Source: Eledone cirrhosa (Eukaryota). From it: a stretch of DNA of 64,000 bases. The stretch is from assembly GCA_964016885.1 (NCBI GenBank), contig OZ024744.1, positions 105,524,001 to 105,588,000 on the forward strand, in the 5' to 3' direction. Shown here in pieces: positions 30,001 to 43,166 of this stretch. Both the position numbers and the translations under genes were made by a program. Numbering within the stretch: the stretch's first letter is position 1; each line of letters starts with the position of its first letter. Under the pieces are notes generated by a model, which saw only the letters and a program-made list of their open reading frames with translations, was not told the origin of the DNA and searched no databases.

Positions 30001-33000
30001 TAGTCTGTGTCTACGGTTGTATGGCGTCTATGACTAGTCTGTGTCTACAGTTGTTTGCCATCTATGACTAGTCTGTGTCTACAGTTGTATGCCGTCTACG
30101 ACTAGTCTGTGTCTACGGTTGTATGCCGTCTATGACTAGTCTGTGTGTACGGTTGTATGCCGTCTCTGACTCGTCTGTGTGTACGGTTGTATGCCGTCTA
30201 TGACTAGTCTGTGTGTACGGTTGTATGCCGTCTATGACTAGTCTGTGTGTACGGTTGTATGCCGTCTATGACTAGTCTGAGTCTACGGTTGTATGCCGTC
30301 TATGACTAGTCTGTGTATACGGTTGTATGCCGTCTATGACTAGTCTGTGTCTACGGTTGTATGCCGTCTATGACTAGTCTGTGTGTACGGTTGTATGCCG
30401 TCTATGACTAGTCTGTGTCTACGGTTGTATGCCGTCTATGACTAGTCTGTATCTACGGTTGTATGCCGTCTATGACTAGTCTGTGTCTACGGTTGTATGC
30501 CGTCTATGACTAGTCTGTGTGTACGGTTGTATGCCGTCTATGACTAGTCTGTGTCTACGGTTGTATGCCGTCTATGACTAGTCTGTGTGTACGGTTGTAT
30601 GCCGTCTATGACTAGTCTGTGTCTACGGTTGTATGCCGTCTATGACTAGTCTGTGTCTACGGTTGTATGCCGTCTATGACTAGTCTGTGTCTACGGTTGT
30701 ATGCCGTCTATGACTAGTCTGTGTCTACAGTTGTATGCCGTCTATGACTAGTCTGTGTCTACGGTTGTATGCAGGCTATGACTAGTCATTGTCTACGGTT
30801 GTATGCAGGCTATGACTAGTCTGTGTTTACGGTTGTATGCCGTCTATGACTAGTCTGTTTGTACAGTTGTATGCCGTATATGACTAGTCTGTTTGTACGG
30901 TTGTATGCCGTCTATGACTAGTCTGTGTGTACGGTTGTATGCCGTCTATGACTAGTCTGTGTGTACGGTTGTATGCCGTCTATGACTAGTCTGTATCTAC
31001 GGTTGTATGCCGTCTATGACTAGTCTGATCCACGGTTGTATGCCGTCTATGACTAGTCTGATCCACGGTTGTATGCCATCTATGACTAGTCTGTGTCTTC
31101 GGTTGTATGCCGTCTATGACTAGTCTGTGTCTACGGTTGTATGCCGTCTATGAGTAGTCTGTGTCTACAGTTGTATGCCGTCTATGACTAGTCTGTGTCT
31201 ACGGTTGTATGCAGTCTATGACTAGTCTGTGTCTACGGTTGTATGGCGTCTATGACTAATCTGTGTCTACAGTTGTATGCCATCTATGACTAGTCTGTGT
31301 CTACAGTTGTATGCCGTCTATGACTAGTCTGTGTCTACGGTTGTATGCCGTATATGACTAGTCTGTGTGTACGGTTGTATGCCGTCTATGACTAGTCTGT
31401 GTGTACGGTTGTATGCCGTCTATGACTAGTCTGTGTGTACGGTTGTATGCCGTCTATGACTAGTCTGTATGTACGGTTGTATGCCGTCTATGACTAGTCT
31501 GAGTCTACGGTTGTTTGCCGTCTATGACTAGTCTGTGTGTACGGTTGTATGCCGTCTATGACTAGTCTGTGTCTACGGTTGTATGCCGTCTATGACTAGT
31601 CTGTGTGTACGGTTGTATGCCGTCTATGACTAGTCTGTGTCTACGGTTGTATGCCGTCTATGACTAGTCTGTGTCTACAGTTGCATGCCGTCTCTGACTA
31701 GTCTGTATCTACGGTTGTATGCCGTCTATGACTAGTCTGTGTCTACGGTTGTATGCCGTCTATGACTAGTCTGTGTCTACGGTTGTATGCCGTCTATGAC
31801 TAGTCTGTGTCTACGGTTGTATGCCGTCTATGACTAGTCTGTGTCTACGGTTGTATGCCGTATATGACTAGTCTGTGTCTACGGTTGTATGCCGTCTATG
31901 ACTAGTCTGTGTCTACGTTTGTATGCCGTATATGACTAGTCTGTGTGTACGGTTGTATGCCATCTATGACTAGTCTGTGTGTACGGTTGTATGCCATCTA
32001 TGACTAGTCTGTGTCTACTTTGTATGCCGTCTATGACTAGTCTGTGTCTACGGTTGTATGCCGTCTATGACTAGTCTGTGTCTACGGTTGTATGCCGTCT
32101 ATGACTAGTCTGTGTCTACGGTTGTATGCCGTATATGACTAGTCTGTGTCTACGGTTGTATGCCGTCTATGACTAGTCTGTGTCTACGGTTGTATGCCGT
32201 ATATGACTAGTCTGTGTGTACGGTTGTATGCCATCTATGACTAGTCTGTGTGTACGGTTGTATGCCATCTATGACTAGTCTGTTTGTACGGTTGTATGCC
32301 GTCTATGACTAGTCTGTGTCTACGGTTGTATGCCGTCTATGACTAGTCTGTGTGTACCGTTGTATGCAGTCTATGACTAGTCTGTGTCTACGGTTGTATG
32401 CCGTCTATGACTAGTCTGTGTCTACGGTTGTATGCCGTCTATGACTAGTCTGTGTCTACAGTTGTATGCCGTCTATGACAAGTCTGTGTCTACGGTTGTA
32501 TGCAGTCTATGACTAGTCTGATCCACGGTTGTATGCCGTCTATGACTAGTCTGTGTCTTCGGTTGTATGCCGTCTATGACTAGTCTGTGTCTACGGTTGT
32601 ATGCCGTCTATGACTAGTCTGTGTCTACGGTTGTATGCCATCTATGACTAGTCTGTGTGTACGGTTGTATGCCGTCTATGACTAGTCTGTGTCTACAGTT
32701 GTATGCCGTCTATGACTAGTCTGTGTCTACGGTTGTATGCCGTCTATGACTAGTCTGTGTGTACGGTTGTATGCCGTCTATGACTAGTCTGTGTCTACGG
32801 TTGTATGCCGTCTATGACTAGTCTGAGTCTACGATTGTATGCCGTCTATGACTAGTCTGTTCTACGGTTGTATGCCGTCTATGACTAGTCTGTGTGTACG
32901 GTTGTATGCAGTCTATGACTAGTCTGTGTCTACAGTTGTATGCCGTCTATGACTAGTCTGTGTCTACAGTTGTATGCCGTCTATGACTAGTCTGTGTCTA

Positions 33001-36000
33001 CGGTTGTATGCAGTCTATGACTAGTCTGTGTCTACAGTTGTATGCGGTCTATGACTAGTCTGAGTCTACGGTTGTATGCCGTCTATGACTAGTCTGTGTC
33101 TACGGTTGTATGCCGTCTATGACTAGTCTGATCCACGGTTGTATGCTGTATATTACTAGTCTGTGTGTACGGTTGTATGCAGTCTATGACTAGTCTGTGT
33201 CCACGGTTGTATGCCGTCTATGACTAGTCTGTGTGTACGGTTGTATGCAGTCTATGACTAGTCTGTGTCTACGGTTGTATGCCATCTATGTCTAGTTTGT
33301 GTCTACGGTTGTATGCCGTCTATGACTAGTCTCTGTCTATGGTTGTATGCCGTCTATGACTTGTCTGTGTCTACAGTTGTATGCAGTCTATGACTAGCCT
33401 GTGTCTATGGTTGTATGCCGTCTATGACTAGTCTGTGTCTATGGTTGTATGCCGTCTATGACTTGTCTTTGTCTACGGTTGTATGCCGTCTATGACTAGT
33501 CTGTGTCTTCGGTTGTATGCCGTCTATGACTAGTCTGTGTCTACGGTTGTATGCCGTCTATAACTAGTCTGTGTCTACAGTTGTATGCCGTCTATGACTT
33601 GTCTGTGTCTACAGTTGTATGCAGTCTATGACTAGTCTGTGTCTATGGTTGTATGCCGTCTATGACTAGTCTGTGTCTACGGTTGTATGCCGTCTATGAC
33701 TAGTCTGTGTCTACAGTTGTATGCCGTCTATGACTAGTCTGTGTCTACAGTCGTATGCCGTCTATGACTAGTCTGTGTCTACGGTTGTATGCCTTCTATG
33801 ACTAGTCTGTGTCTACGGTTTTTTGCCGTCTATGACTAGTCTGTGTCTACTGTTGTATGCCGTCTATGACTAGTCAGTGTGTACGGTTGTATGCAGTCTA
33901 TGACTAGTCTGTCTACAGTTTTATGCCGTCTATGACTAGTCTGTGTGTACGGTTGTATGCCGTCTATGACTAGTCTGTGTCTACAGTTGTATTCCGCCTC
34001 TGACTAGTCTGTGTCTACAGTTGTATGCCGTCTATGACTAGTCTGTGTCTACGGTTGTATGCCGTCTCTGACTAGTCTGTGTCTACGGTTGTATGCCGTC
34101 TATGACTAGTCTGTGTCTGCGGTTGTATGCAGTCTATGACTAGTCTGTGTCTATGGTTGTATGCCGTCTATGACTAGTCTGTGTCTACGGTTGTATGCCG
34201 TCTATGACTAGTCTGTGTCTACTTTTGTATGCAGTCTATGACTAGTCTGTGTCTATGGTTGTATGCCGTCTATGACTAGTCTGTGTCTACGGTTGTATGC
34301 CGTCTATGACTTGTCTGTGTCTACGGTTGTATGCCGTCTATGACTAGTCTGTGTCTACGGTTGTATGCCGTCTATGACTAGTCTGTGTCTACGGTTGTAT
34401 GCAGTCTATGACTAGTCTGTGTCTACGGTTGTATGCCGTCTATGACTAGTCTGTGTCTACGGTTGTATGCCGTCTATGACTAGTCTGTGTCTACAGTTGT
34501 ATGCCGTCTATGACTAGTCTGTGTCTTCGGTTGTATGCCGTCTATGACTAGTCTGTGTCTACAGTTGTATACCGTCTATGACTTGTCTATGTCTACAGTT
34601 GTATGCCGTCTATGACTAGTCTGTGTCTACGGTTGTATGCCGTCTATGACTAGTCTGTGTCTACGGTTGTATGCCGTCTATGACTAGTCTGTGTCTACGG
34701 TTGTATGCTGTCTATGACTAGTCTGTGTCTACTGCTGTATGCAGTCTATGACTAGTCTGTGTCTACGGTTGTATGCAGGCTATGACTAGTCATTGTCTAC
34801 GGTTGTATGCAGAATATGACTAGTCTGTGTCTACGGTTGTATGCCGTCTATGACTAGTCTGTTTGTACGGTTGTATGCCGTCTATGACTAGTCTGTGTGT
34901 ACGGTTGTATGCCGTCTATGACTAGTCTGTGTGTACGGTTGTATGCCGTCTATGACTAGTCTGTGTGTACGGTTGTATGCCGTCTATGACTAGTCTGTAT
35001 CTACGGTTGTATGCCGTCTATGACTAGTCTGATCCACGGTTGTATGCCGTCTATGACTAGTCTGATCCACGGTTGTATGCCGTCTATGACTAGTCTGTGT
35101 CTTCGGTTGTATGCCGTCTATGACTAGTCTGTGTCTACGGTTGTATGCCGTCTATGAGTAGTCTGTGTCTACAGTTGTATGCCGTCTATGACTAGTCTGT
35201 GTCTACGGTTGTATGCAGTCTATGATTAGTCTGTGTCTACGGTTGTATGGCGTCTATGACTAATCTGTGTCTACAGTTGTATGCCATCTATGACTAGTCT
35301 GTGTCTACAGTTGTATGCCGTCTATGACTAGTCTGTGTCTACGGTTGTATGCCGTCTATGACTAGTCTGTGTGTATGGTTGTATGCCGTCTATGACTAGT
35401 CTGTGTGTACGGTTGTATGCCGTCTATGACTAGTCTGTGTGTACGGTTGTATGCCGTCTATGACTAGTCTGTGTCTACGGTTGTATGCCGTCTATGACTA
35501 GTCTGAGTCTACGGTTGTTTGCCGTCTATGACTAGTCTGTGTGTACGGTTGTATGCCGTCTATGACTAGTCTGTGTCTACGGTTGTATGCCGTCTATGAC
35601 TAGTCTATGTGTACGGTTGTATGCCGTCTATGACTAGTCTGTGTCTACGGTTGTATGCCGTCTATGACTAGTCTGTGTCTACAGTTGTATGCCGTCTCTG
35701 ACTAGTCTGTGTCTACGGTTGTATGCCGTCTATGACTAGACTGTGTCTACGGTTGTATGCCGTCTATGACTAGTCTGTGTCTACGGTTGTATGCCGTCTA
35801 TGACTAGTCTGTGTCTACAGTTGTATGCCGTCTATGACTAGTCTGTGTCTACGGTTGTATGCCGTCTATGACTAGTCTGTGTCTACAGTTGTATGCCGTC
35901 TATGACTAGTCTGTGTCTACGGTTGTATGCCGTCTATGACTAGTCTGTGTCTACGGTTGTATGCCGTCTATGACTAGTCTGTGTCTACGGTTGTATGCCG

Positions 36001-39000
36001 TATATGACTAGTCTGTGTCTACGGTTGTATGCCGTCTATGACTAGTCTGTGTCTACGTTTGTATGCCGTATATGACTAGTCTGTGTGTACGGTTGTATGC
36101 CATCTATGACTAGTCTGTGTGTACGGTTGTATGCCATCTATGACTAGTCTGTGTCTACGGTTGTATGCCGTCTATGACTAGTCTGTGTCTACGGTTGTAT
36201 GCCGTCTATGACTAGTCTGTGTCTACGGTTGTATGCCGTCTATGACTAGTCTGTGTCTACGGTTGTATGCAGTCTATGACTAGTCTGATCCACGGTTGTA
36301 TGCCGTCTATGACTAGTCTGTGTCTTCGGTTGTATGCCGTCTATGACTAGTCTGTGTCTACGGTCGTATGCCGTCTATGACTAGTCTGTGTCTACGGTTG
36401 TATGCCATAATGACTAGTCTGTGTGTACGGTTGTATGCCGTCTATGACTAGTCTGTGTCTACGGTTGTATGCCGTCTATGACTAGTCTGATCCACGGTTG
36501 TATGCTGTATATGACTAGTCTGTGTGTACGGTTGTATGCAGTCTATGACTAGTCTGTGTCCACGGTTGTATGCCGTCTATGACTAGTCTGTGTGTACGGT
36601 TGTATGCAGTCTATGCCTAGTCTGTGTCTACAGTTGTATGCCATCTATGACTAGTCTGTGTCTACTGCTGTATGCAGTCTATGACTAGTCTGTGTCTACG
36701 GTTGTATGCCATCTATGTCTAGTTTGTGTCTACGGTTGTATGCCGTCTATGACTAGTCTGTGTCTATGGTTGTATGCCGTCTATGACTTGTCTGTGTCTA
36801 CAGTTGTATGCAGTCTATGACTAGTCTGTGTCTATGGTTGTATGCCGTCTATGACTAGTCTGTGTCTATGGTTGTATGCCGTCTATGTCTAGTCTGTGTC
36901 TTCGGTTGTATGCCGTCTATGACTAGTCTGTGTGTACGGTTGTATGCCGTCTATGTCTAGTCTGTGTCTATGGTTGTATGCCGTCTATGACTTGTCTGTG
37001 TCTACAGTTGTATGCAGTCTATGACTAGTCTGTGTCTATGGTTGTATGCCGTCTATGACTAGTCTGTGTCTACGGTTGTATGCCGTCTATGACTAGTCTG
37101 TGTCTACAGTTGTATACCAGCTATGACTTGTCTATGTCCACGTTTGTATACCGTCTATGACTAGTCTGTGTCTACGGTTGTATGCCGTCTATGACTAGTC
37201 TGTGTCTACGGTTGTATGCCGTCTATGACTAGTCTGTGTCTACGGTTGTATGCCGTCTATGACTAGTGTGTCTACGGTTGTATGCCGTATATGACTAGTC
37301 TGTGTCTTCGGTTGTATGCAGTCTATGACTAGTCTGTGTCTACGGTTGTATGCCGTCTATGACTTGTCTGTGTCTACGTTTGTATGCCGTCTATGACTAG
37401 TCTGTGTCTACGGTTGTATGCAGTCTATGACTAGTTTGTGTCTACGGTTGTATGCCGTCTATGACTAGTCTGTGTCTACGGTTGTATGCCGTCTATGGCT
37501 AGTCTGTGTCTACGGTTGTATGCCGTCTATGACTAGTCTGTGTCTACGGTTGTATGCCGTCTATGGCTAGTCTGTGTCTACGGTTGTATGCCGTCTATGA
37601 CTAGTCTGTGTCTACGGTTGTATGCCGTCTATGACTAGTCTGTGTCTACGGTTGTATGCCGTCTATGACTAGTCTGAGTCTACGATTGTATGCCGTCTAT
37701 GACTAGTCTGTGTTTACGGTTGTATGCCGTCTATGACTAGTCTGTGTGTACGGTTGTATGCCGTCTATGACTAGTCTGTGTCTACAGTTGTATGCCGTCT
37801 ATGTCTAGTCTGAGTCTACGATTGTATGCCGTCTATGACTAGTCTGTGTCTACAGTTGTATGCCGTCTATGACTAGTCTGTGTGTACGGTTGTATGCCGT
37901 CTATGACTAGTCTGTGTCTACAGTTGTATGTCGTCTATGACTAGTCTGTGTCTACAGTTGTATGCCGTCTATGACTAGTCTGAGTCTACGATTGTATGCC
38001 GTCTATGACTAGTCTGTGTCTACGGTTGTATGCCGTCTATGACTAGTCTGTGTTTACGGTTGTATGCCGTCTATGACTAGTCTGTGTCTACTGTTGTATG
38101 CCGTATATGACTAGTCTGTGTCTACAGTTGTATGCCGTCTATGACTAGTCTGTGTCTTCGGTTGTATGCCGTCTATGACTAGTCTGTGTCTACAGTTGTA
38201 TGCCGTCTATGACTAGTCTGTGTCTACGGTTGTATGCCGTCTATGACTAGTCTGTGTCTACGGTTGTATGCCGTCTATGACTAGTCTGTGTCTACAGTTG
38301 TATGCCGTCTATGACTAGTTTGTGTCTACGGTTGTATACCGTCTATGACTAGTCTGTGTCTACGGTTGTATGCAGTCTATGACTAGTCTGTGTCTACGGT
38401 TGTATGCCGTCTATGACTAGTCTGTGTCTACGGTTGTATGCCGTCTATGACTAGTCTGTGTCTACAGTTGTATGCCGTCTATGACTAGTCTGTGTCTTCG
38501 GTTGTATGCCGTCTATGACTAGTCTGTGTCTACAGTTGTATACCGTCTATGACTTGTCTATGTCTACAGTTGTATGCCGTCTATGACTAGTCTGTGTCTA
38601 CGGTTGTATGCCGTCTATGACTAGTCTGTGTCTACGGTTGTATGCCGTCTATGACTAGTCTGTGTCTACGGTTGTATGCTGTCTATGACTAGTCTGTGTC
38701 TACTGCTGTATGCAGTCTATGACTAGTCTGTGTCTACGGTTGTATGCAGGCTATGACTAGTCATTTTCTACGGTTTTATGCAGGCTATGACTAGTCTGTG
38801 TCTACGGTTGTATGCCGTCTATGACTAGTCTGTTTGTACGGTTGTATGCCGTCTATGACTAGTCTGTGTGTACGGTTGTATGCCGTCTATGACTAGTCTG
38901 TGTGTACGGTTGTATGCCGTCTATGACTAGTCTGTGTGTACGGTTGTATGCCGTCTATGACTAGTCTGTATCTACGGTTGTATGCCGTCTATGACTAGTC

Positions 39001-41408
39001 TGATCCACGGTTGTATGCCGTCTATGACTAGTCTGATCCACGGTTGTATGCCGTCTATGACTAGTCTGTGTCTTCGGTTGTATGCCGTCTATGACTAGTC
39101 TGTGTCTACGGTTGTATGCCGTCTATGAGTAGTCTGTGTCTACAGTTGTATGCCGTCTATGACTAGTCTGTGTCTACGGTTGTATGCAGTCTATGACTAG
39201 TCTGTGGCTACGGTTGTATGGCGTCTATGACTAATCTGTGTCTACAGTTGTATGCCATCTATGACTAGTCTGTGTCTACAGTTGTATGCCGTCTATGACT
39301 AGTCTGTGTCTACGGTTGTATGCCGTCTATGACTAGTCTGTGTGTACGGTTGCATGCCGTCTATGACTAGTCTGTGTGTACGGTTGTATGCCGTCTATGA
39401 CTAGTCTGTGTGTACGGTTGTATGCCGTCTATGACTAGTCTGTGTGTACGGTTGTATGCCGTCTATGACTAGTCTGTGTGTACGGTTGTATGCCGTCTAT
39501 GACTAGTCTGAGTCTACGGTTGTTTGCCGTCTATGACTAGTCTGTGTGTACGGTTGTATGCCGTCTATAACTAGTCTGTGTCTACGGTTGTATGCCGTCT
39601 ATGACTAGTCTGTGTCTACGGTTGTATGCCGTCTATGACTAGTCTGTGTCTACGGTTGTATGCCGTATATGACTAGTCTGTGTCTTCGGTTGTATGCAGT
39701 CTATGACTAGTCTGTGTCTACGGTTGTATGCCGTCTATGACTTGTCTGTGTCTACGTTTGTATGCCGTCTATGACTAGTCTGTGTCTTCGGTTGTATGCA
39801 GTCTATGACTAGTCTGTGTCTACGGTTGTATGCCGTCTATGACTTGTCTGTGTCTACGTTTGTATGCCGTCTATGACTAGTCTGTGTCTACGGTTGTATG
39901 CAGTCTATGACTAGTCTGTGTCTACGGTTGTATGCCGTCTATGGCTAGTCTGTGTCTACGGTTGTATGCTGTCTATGACTAGTCTGTGTCTACGGTTGTA
40001 TGCCGTCTATGGCTAGTCTGTGTCTACGGTTGTATGCCGTCTATGACTAGTCTGTGCCTACGGTTGTATGCCGTCTATGACTAGTCTGTGTCTACGGTTG
40101 TATGCCGTCTATGACTAGTCTGAGTCTACGATTGTATGCCGTCTATGACTAGCCTGTGTTTACGGTTGTATGCCGTCTATGACTAGTCTGTGTGTACGGT
40201 TTTATGCCGTCTATGACTAGTCTGTGTCTACAGTTGTATGCCGTCTATGACTAGTCTGAGTCTACAGTTGTATGCCGTCTATGACTAGTCTGTGTGTACG
40301 GTTGTATGCCGTCTATGACTAGTCTGTGTCTACAGTTGTATGCCGTCTATGACTAGTCTGTGTGTACGGTTGTATGCCGTCTATGACTAGTCTGTGTTTA
40401 CGGTTGTATGCCGTCTATGACTAGTCTGAGTCTACAGTTGTATGCCGTCTATGACTAGTCTGTGTCTACAGTTGTATGTCGTCTATGACTAGTCTGTGTC
40501 TACAGTTGTATGCCGTCTATGACTAGTCTGAGTCTACGATTGTATGCCGTCTATGACTAGTCTGTGTCTACGGTTGTATGCCGTCTATGACTAGTCTGTG
40601 TTTACGGTTGTATGCCGTCTATGACTAGTCTGTGTCTACTGTTGTATGCCGTCTATGACTAGTCTGTGTTTACGGTTGTATGCCGTCTATGACTAGTCTG
40701 TGTCTACTGTTGTATGCCGTATATGACTAGTCTGTGTCTACAGTTGTATGCCGTCTATGACTAGTCTGTGTCTTCGGTTGTATGCCGCCTATGACTAGTC
40801 TGTGTTTACAGTTGTATGCCGTCTATGACTAGTCTGTGTCTACAGTTGTATGCCGTCTATGACTAGTCTGTGTCTACGGTTGTATGCCGTCTATGACTAG
40901 TCTGTGTCTACGGTTGTATGCCGTCTATGACTTGTCTGTGTCTACGGTTGTATGCCGTCTATGACTAGTCTGTGTCTACTGTTGTATGCCGTCTATGACT
41001 AGTCTGTGTCTACGGTTGTATGCTGTCTATGACTAGTCTTTGTCTACGGTTGTATGCCGTCTATGACTAGTCTGTGTCTACTGTTGTATGCCGTCTATGA
41101 CTAGTCTGTGTCTACGGTTGTATGCTGTCTATGACTAGTCTGTGTCTACGGTTGTATGCCGTCTATGACTAGTCTGTGTCTACGGTTGTATGCCGTCTAC
41201 GATTAGTCTGTGTGTACGGTTGTATGCCGTCTATGACTAGTCTGTGTCTACAGTTGTATGCCGTCTATGACTAGTCTGAGTCTACGGTTGTATGCCGTCT
41301 ATGACTAGTCTGTGTCTACTGTTGTATGCCGTCTATGACTAGTCTGTGTCTACGGTTGTATGCCGTCTATGACTAGTCTGAGTCTACGGTTGTATGCCGT
41401 CTATGACT
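1..41408. repeat. 34-bp satellite DNA array, ~1,200 copies, open at the left window edge
   Basis: Head-to-tail consensus GTCTGTGTCTACGGTTGTATGCCGTCTATGACTA with scattered substitutions and 33-bp (TCTGATCCACGG) and 28-bp (GACTAGTCTACGG) variants. No spacers. No ORF in the track before 41360. Confidence 0.99.
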
Positions 41409-41526
41409 TGCCATGTTTTTATTTTGTAAAATTCAAATATTTTTTATATATATTTAGCCAGGTGTGCCGCTATTTTTTCTTGTGTGCCAAGGTGTGCCGT
41501 TGGCAAAAAAAGGTTGAGAACCACTG
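41409..41526. mobile_element. Terminus of a hAT (Charlie/Buster-type) DNA transposon or MITE abutting the satellite
   Basis: AAAAAAAGGTTGAGAACCACTG ends at 41526; its reverse complement is CAGTGGTTCTCAACC, a Charlie/SPIN-like TIR. Three subterminal GTGTGCC motifs at 41461-41500. The next 8 bp, CTATAGGT, fit the NNNTANNN Buster target. The partner TIR is not in the window. Confidence 0.8.
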
Positions 41527-41556
41527 CTATAGGTTATACTCTCCAATTTAGGACAT

Positions 41557-41798
41557 TTATCCCTGGCCATATCCATTTAAACTGGCCATATCCAGCCAGA
41601 ATTCTCTCACCTCTTTCTGTTCAAACCATAACTGGCCACTCATACTGATGTTAAGGTTTTGTTCTCTAAATAAATAATATCAAAATCTCGTAGATTCAGT
41701 ATTATGTGAGATATTATGTGAGATAATTATGTAAGATAAAGCCTTTACTATGACAATACAACAGTAAATACAGAGTAATGTAAATGCTAAAGGGTTAA
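41557..41798. mobile_element. Degenerate piggyBac-like MITE remnant
   Basis: Ends ...AATGCTAAAGGG|TTAA (a CCCTTT-type TIR plus TTAA target). The left end is only vaguely similar (TTATCCCT). Confidence 0.4.
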
Positions 41799-41845
41799 AC
41801 TTACACCTTTTTCTCAATATGATGTATAGAAATGTGTTGTAAACA

Positions 41846-41990
41846 CGTGTGTGTGTATGTGTGTATAAGTGTGTGTGTATTTTTGTGTGTGCGTGTATAT
41901 CTGTGTGTATATATGTGTGTGCGTATATATATATGTATGTGCGTGTGTGTTTGTTTGTGTGTATGAGTGTGTTTGTTTGTGTGTGTGTGT
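41846..41990. repeat. (TG)n/(TA)n compound microsatellite
   Basis: Directly visible dinucleotide repeats. Confidence 0.9.
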
Positions 41991-41994
41991 TGAA

Positions 41995-42081
41995 AGGTTA
42001 AGAAGTTTGCCTCACAATTATCAGGTCCCAGGTTCAATCTCTCTCCATGATATCTTCAACAAGTTTCATCTACCATAGTTT
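41995..42081 (+). mobile_element. Degenerate tRNA-derived SINE head leading into the 69-bp minisatellite
   Basis: B-box-like GGTTCAATC at 42031-42039, preceded by GGTTAAGAAGTTTGC. Resembles, from memory, the head of an abundant cephalopod tRNA-SINE; not verified by search. Confidence 0.45.
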
Positions 42082-43166
42082 GGGCTCCAGCCAAATCTTG
42101 TCAGTGAAACTGAGTAGTCATAAATTGTTAGGAAACCTGCTGGGTGTGCTGGGCTCCAGCCATATCTTGTCAGTGAAACTGAGTAGTCATAAATTGTTAG
42201 GAAGCCTGCTGGGTGTGCTGGGGTCCAGCCATATCTTGTCAGTGAAACTGAGTAGTCATAAATTGTTAGGAAGCCTGCTGGCTGTGCTGGGCTCCAGCCA
42301 TATCTTTTCAGTGAAACTGAGTAGTCATAAATTGTTAGGAAACCTGCTGGGTGTGCTGGGGTCAAGCCATATCTTGTCAGTGAAACTGAGTAGTCATAAA
42401 TTGTTAGGAAACCTGCTGGCTGTGCTGGGCTCCAGCCAAATCTTGTCAGTGAAACTGAGTAGTCATAAATTGTTAGGAAACCTGCTGGCTGTGCTGGGCT
42501 CCAGCCAAATCTTGTCAGTGAAACTGAGTAGTCATAAATTGTTAGGAAGCCTGCTGGTTGTGCTGGGCTCCAGCCATATCTTGTCAGTGAAACTGAGTAG
42601 TCATAAATTGTTAGGAAGCCTGCTGGGTGTGCTGGGCTCCAGCCATATCTTGTCAGTGAAACTGAGTAGTCATAAATTGTTAGGAAGCCTGCTGGGTGTG
42701 CTGGGCTCCAGCCATATCTTGTCAGTGAAACTGAGTAGTCATAAATTGTTAGGAAACCTGCTGGCTGTGCTGGGCTCCAGCCATATCTTGTCAGTGAAAC
42801 TGAGTAGTCATAAATTGTTAGGAAACCTGCTGGCTGTGCTGGGGTCAAGCCATATCTTGTCAGTGAAACTGAGTAGTCATAAATTGTTAGGAAGCCTGCT
42901 GGTTGTGCTGGGCTCCAGCCAAATCTTGTCAGTGAAACTGGGTAGTCATAAATTGTTAGGAAGCCTGCTGGCTGTGCTGGGCTCCAGCCATATCTTGTCA
43001 GTGAAACTGAGTAGTCATAAATTGTTAGGAAACCTGCTGGTTGTGCTGGGCTCCAGCCATATCTTGTCAGTGAAACTGAGTAGTCATAAATTGTTAGGAA
43101 ACCTGCTGGTTGTGCTGGGCTCCAGCCAAATCTTGTCAGTGAAACTGAGTAGTCATAAATTGTTAG
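42081..43166. repeat. 69-bp minisatellite, left segment (~15.7 copies)
   Basis: Unit GGGCTCCAGCCATATCTTGTCAGTGAAACTGAGTAGTCATAAATTGTTAGGAAACCTGCTGGGTGTGCT. 23-aa periodicity in the ORF track. Confidence 0.98.

Noticed and set aside
1-41408. CRISPR-like array (repeat length 34 bp, partial palindrome)
   Set aside because: Units are contiguous with no unique spacers, there are no cas genes, and the context is eukaryotic.
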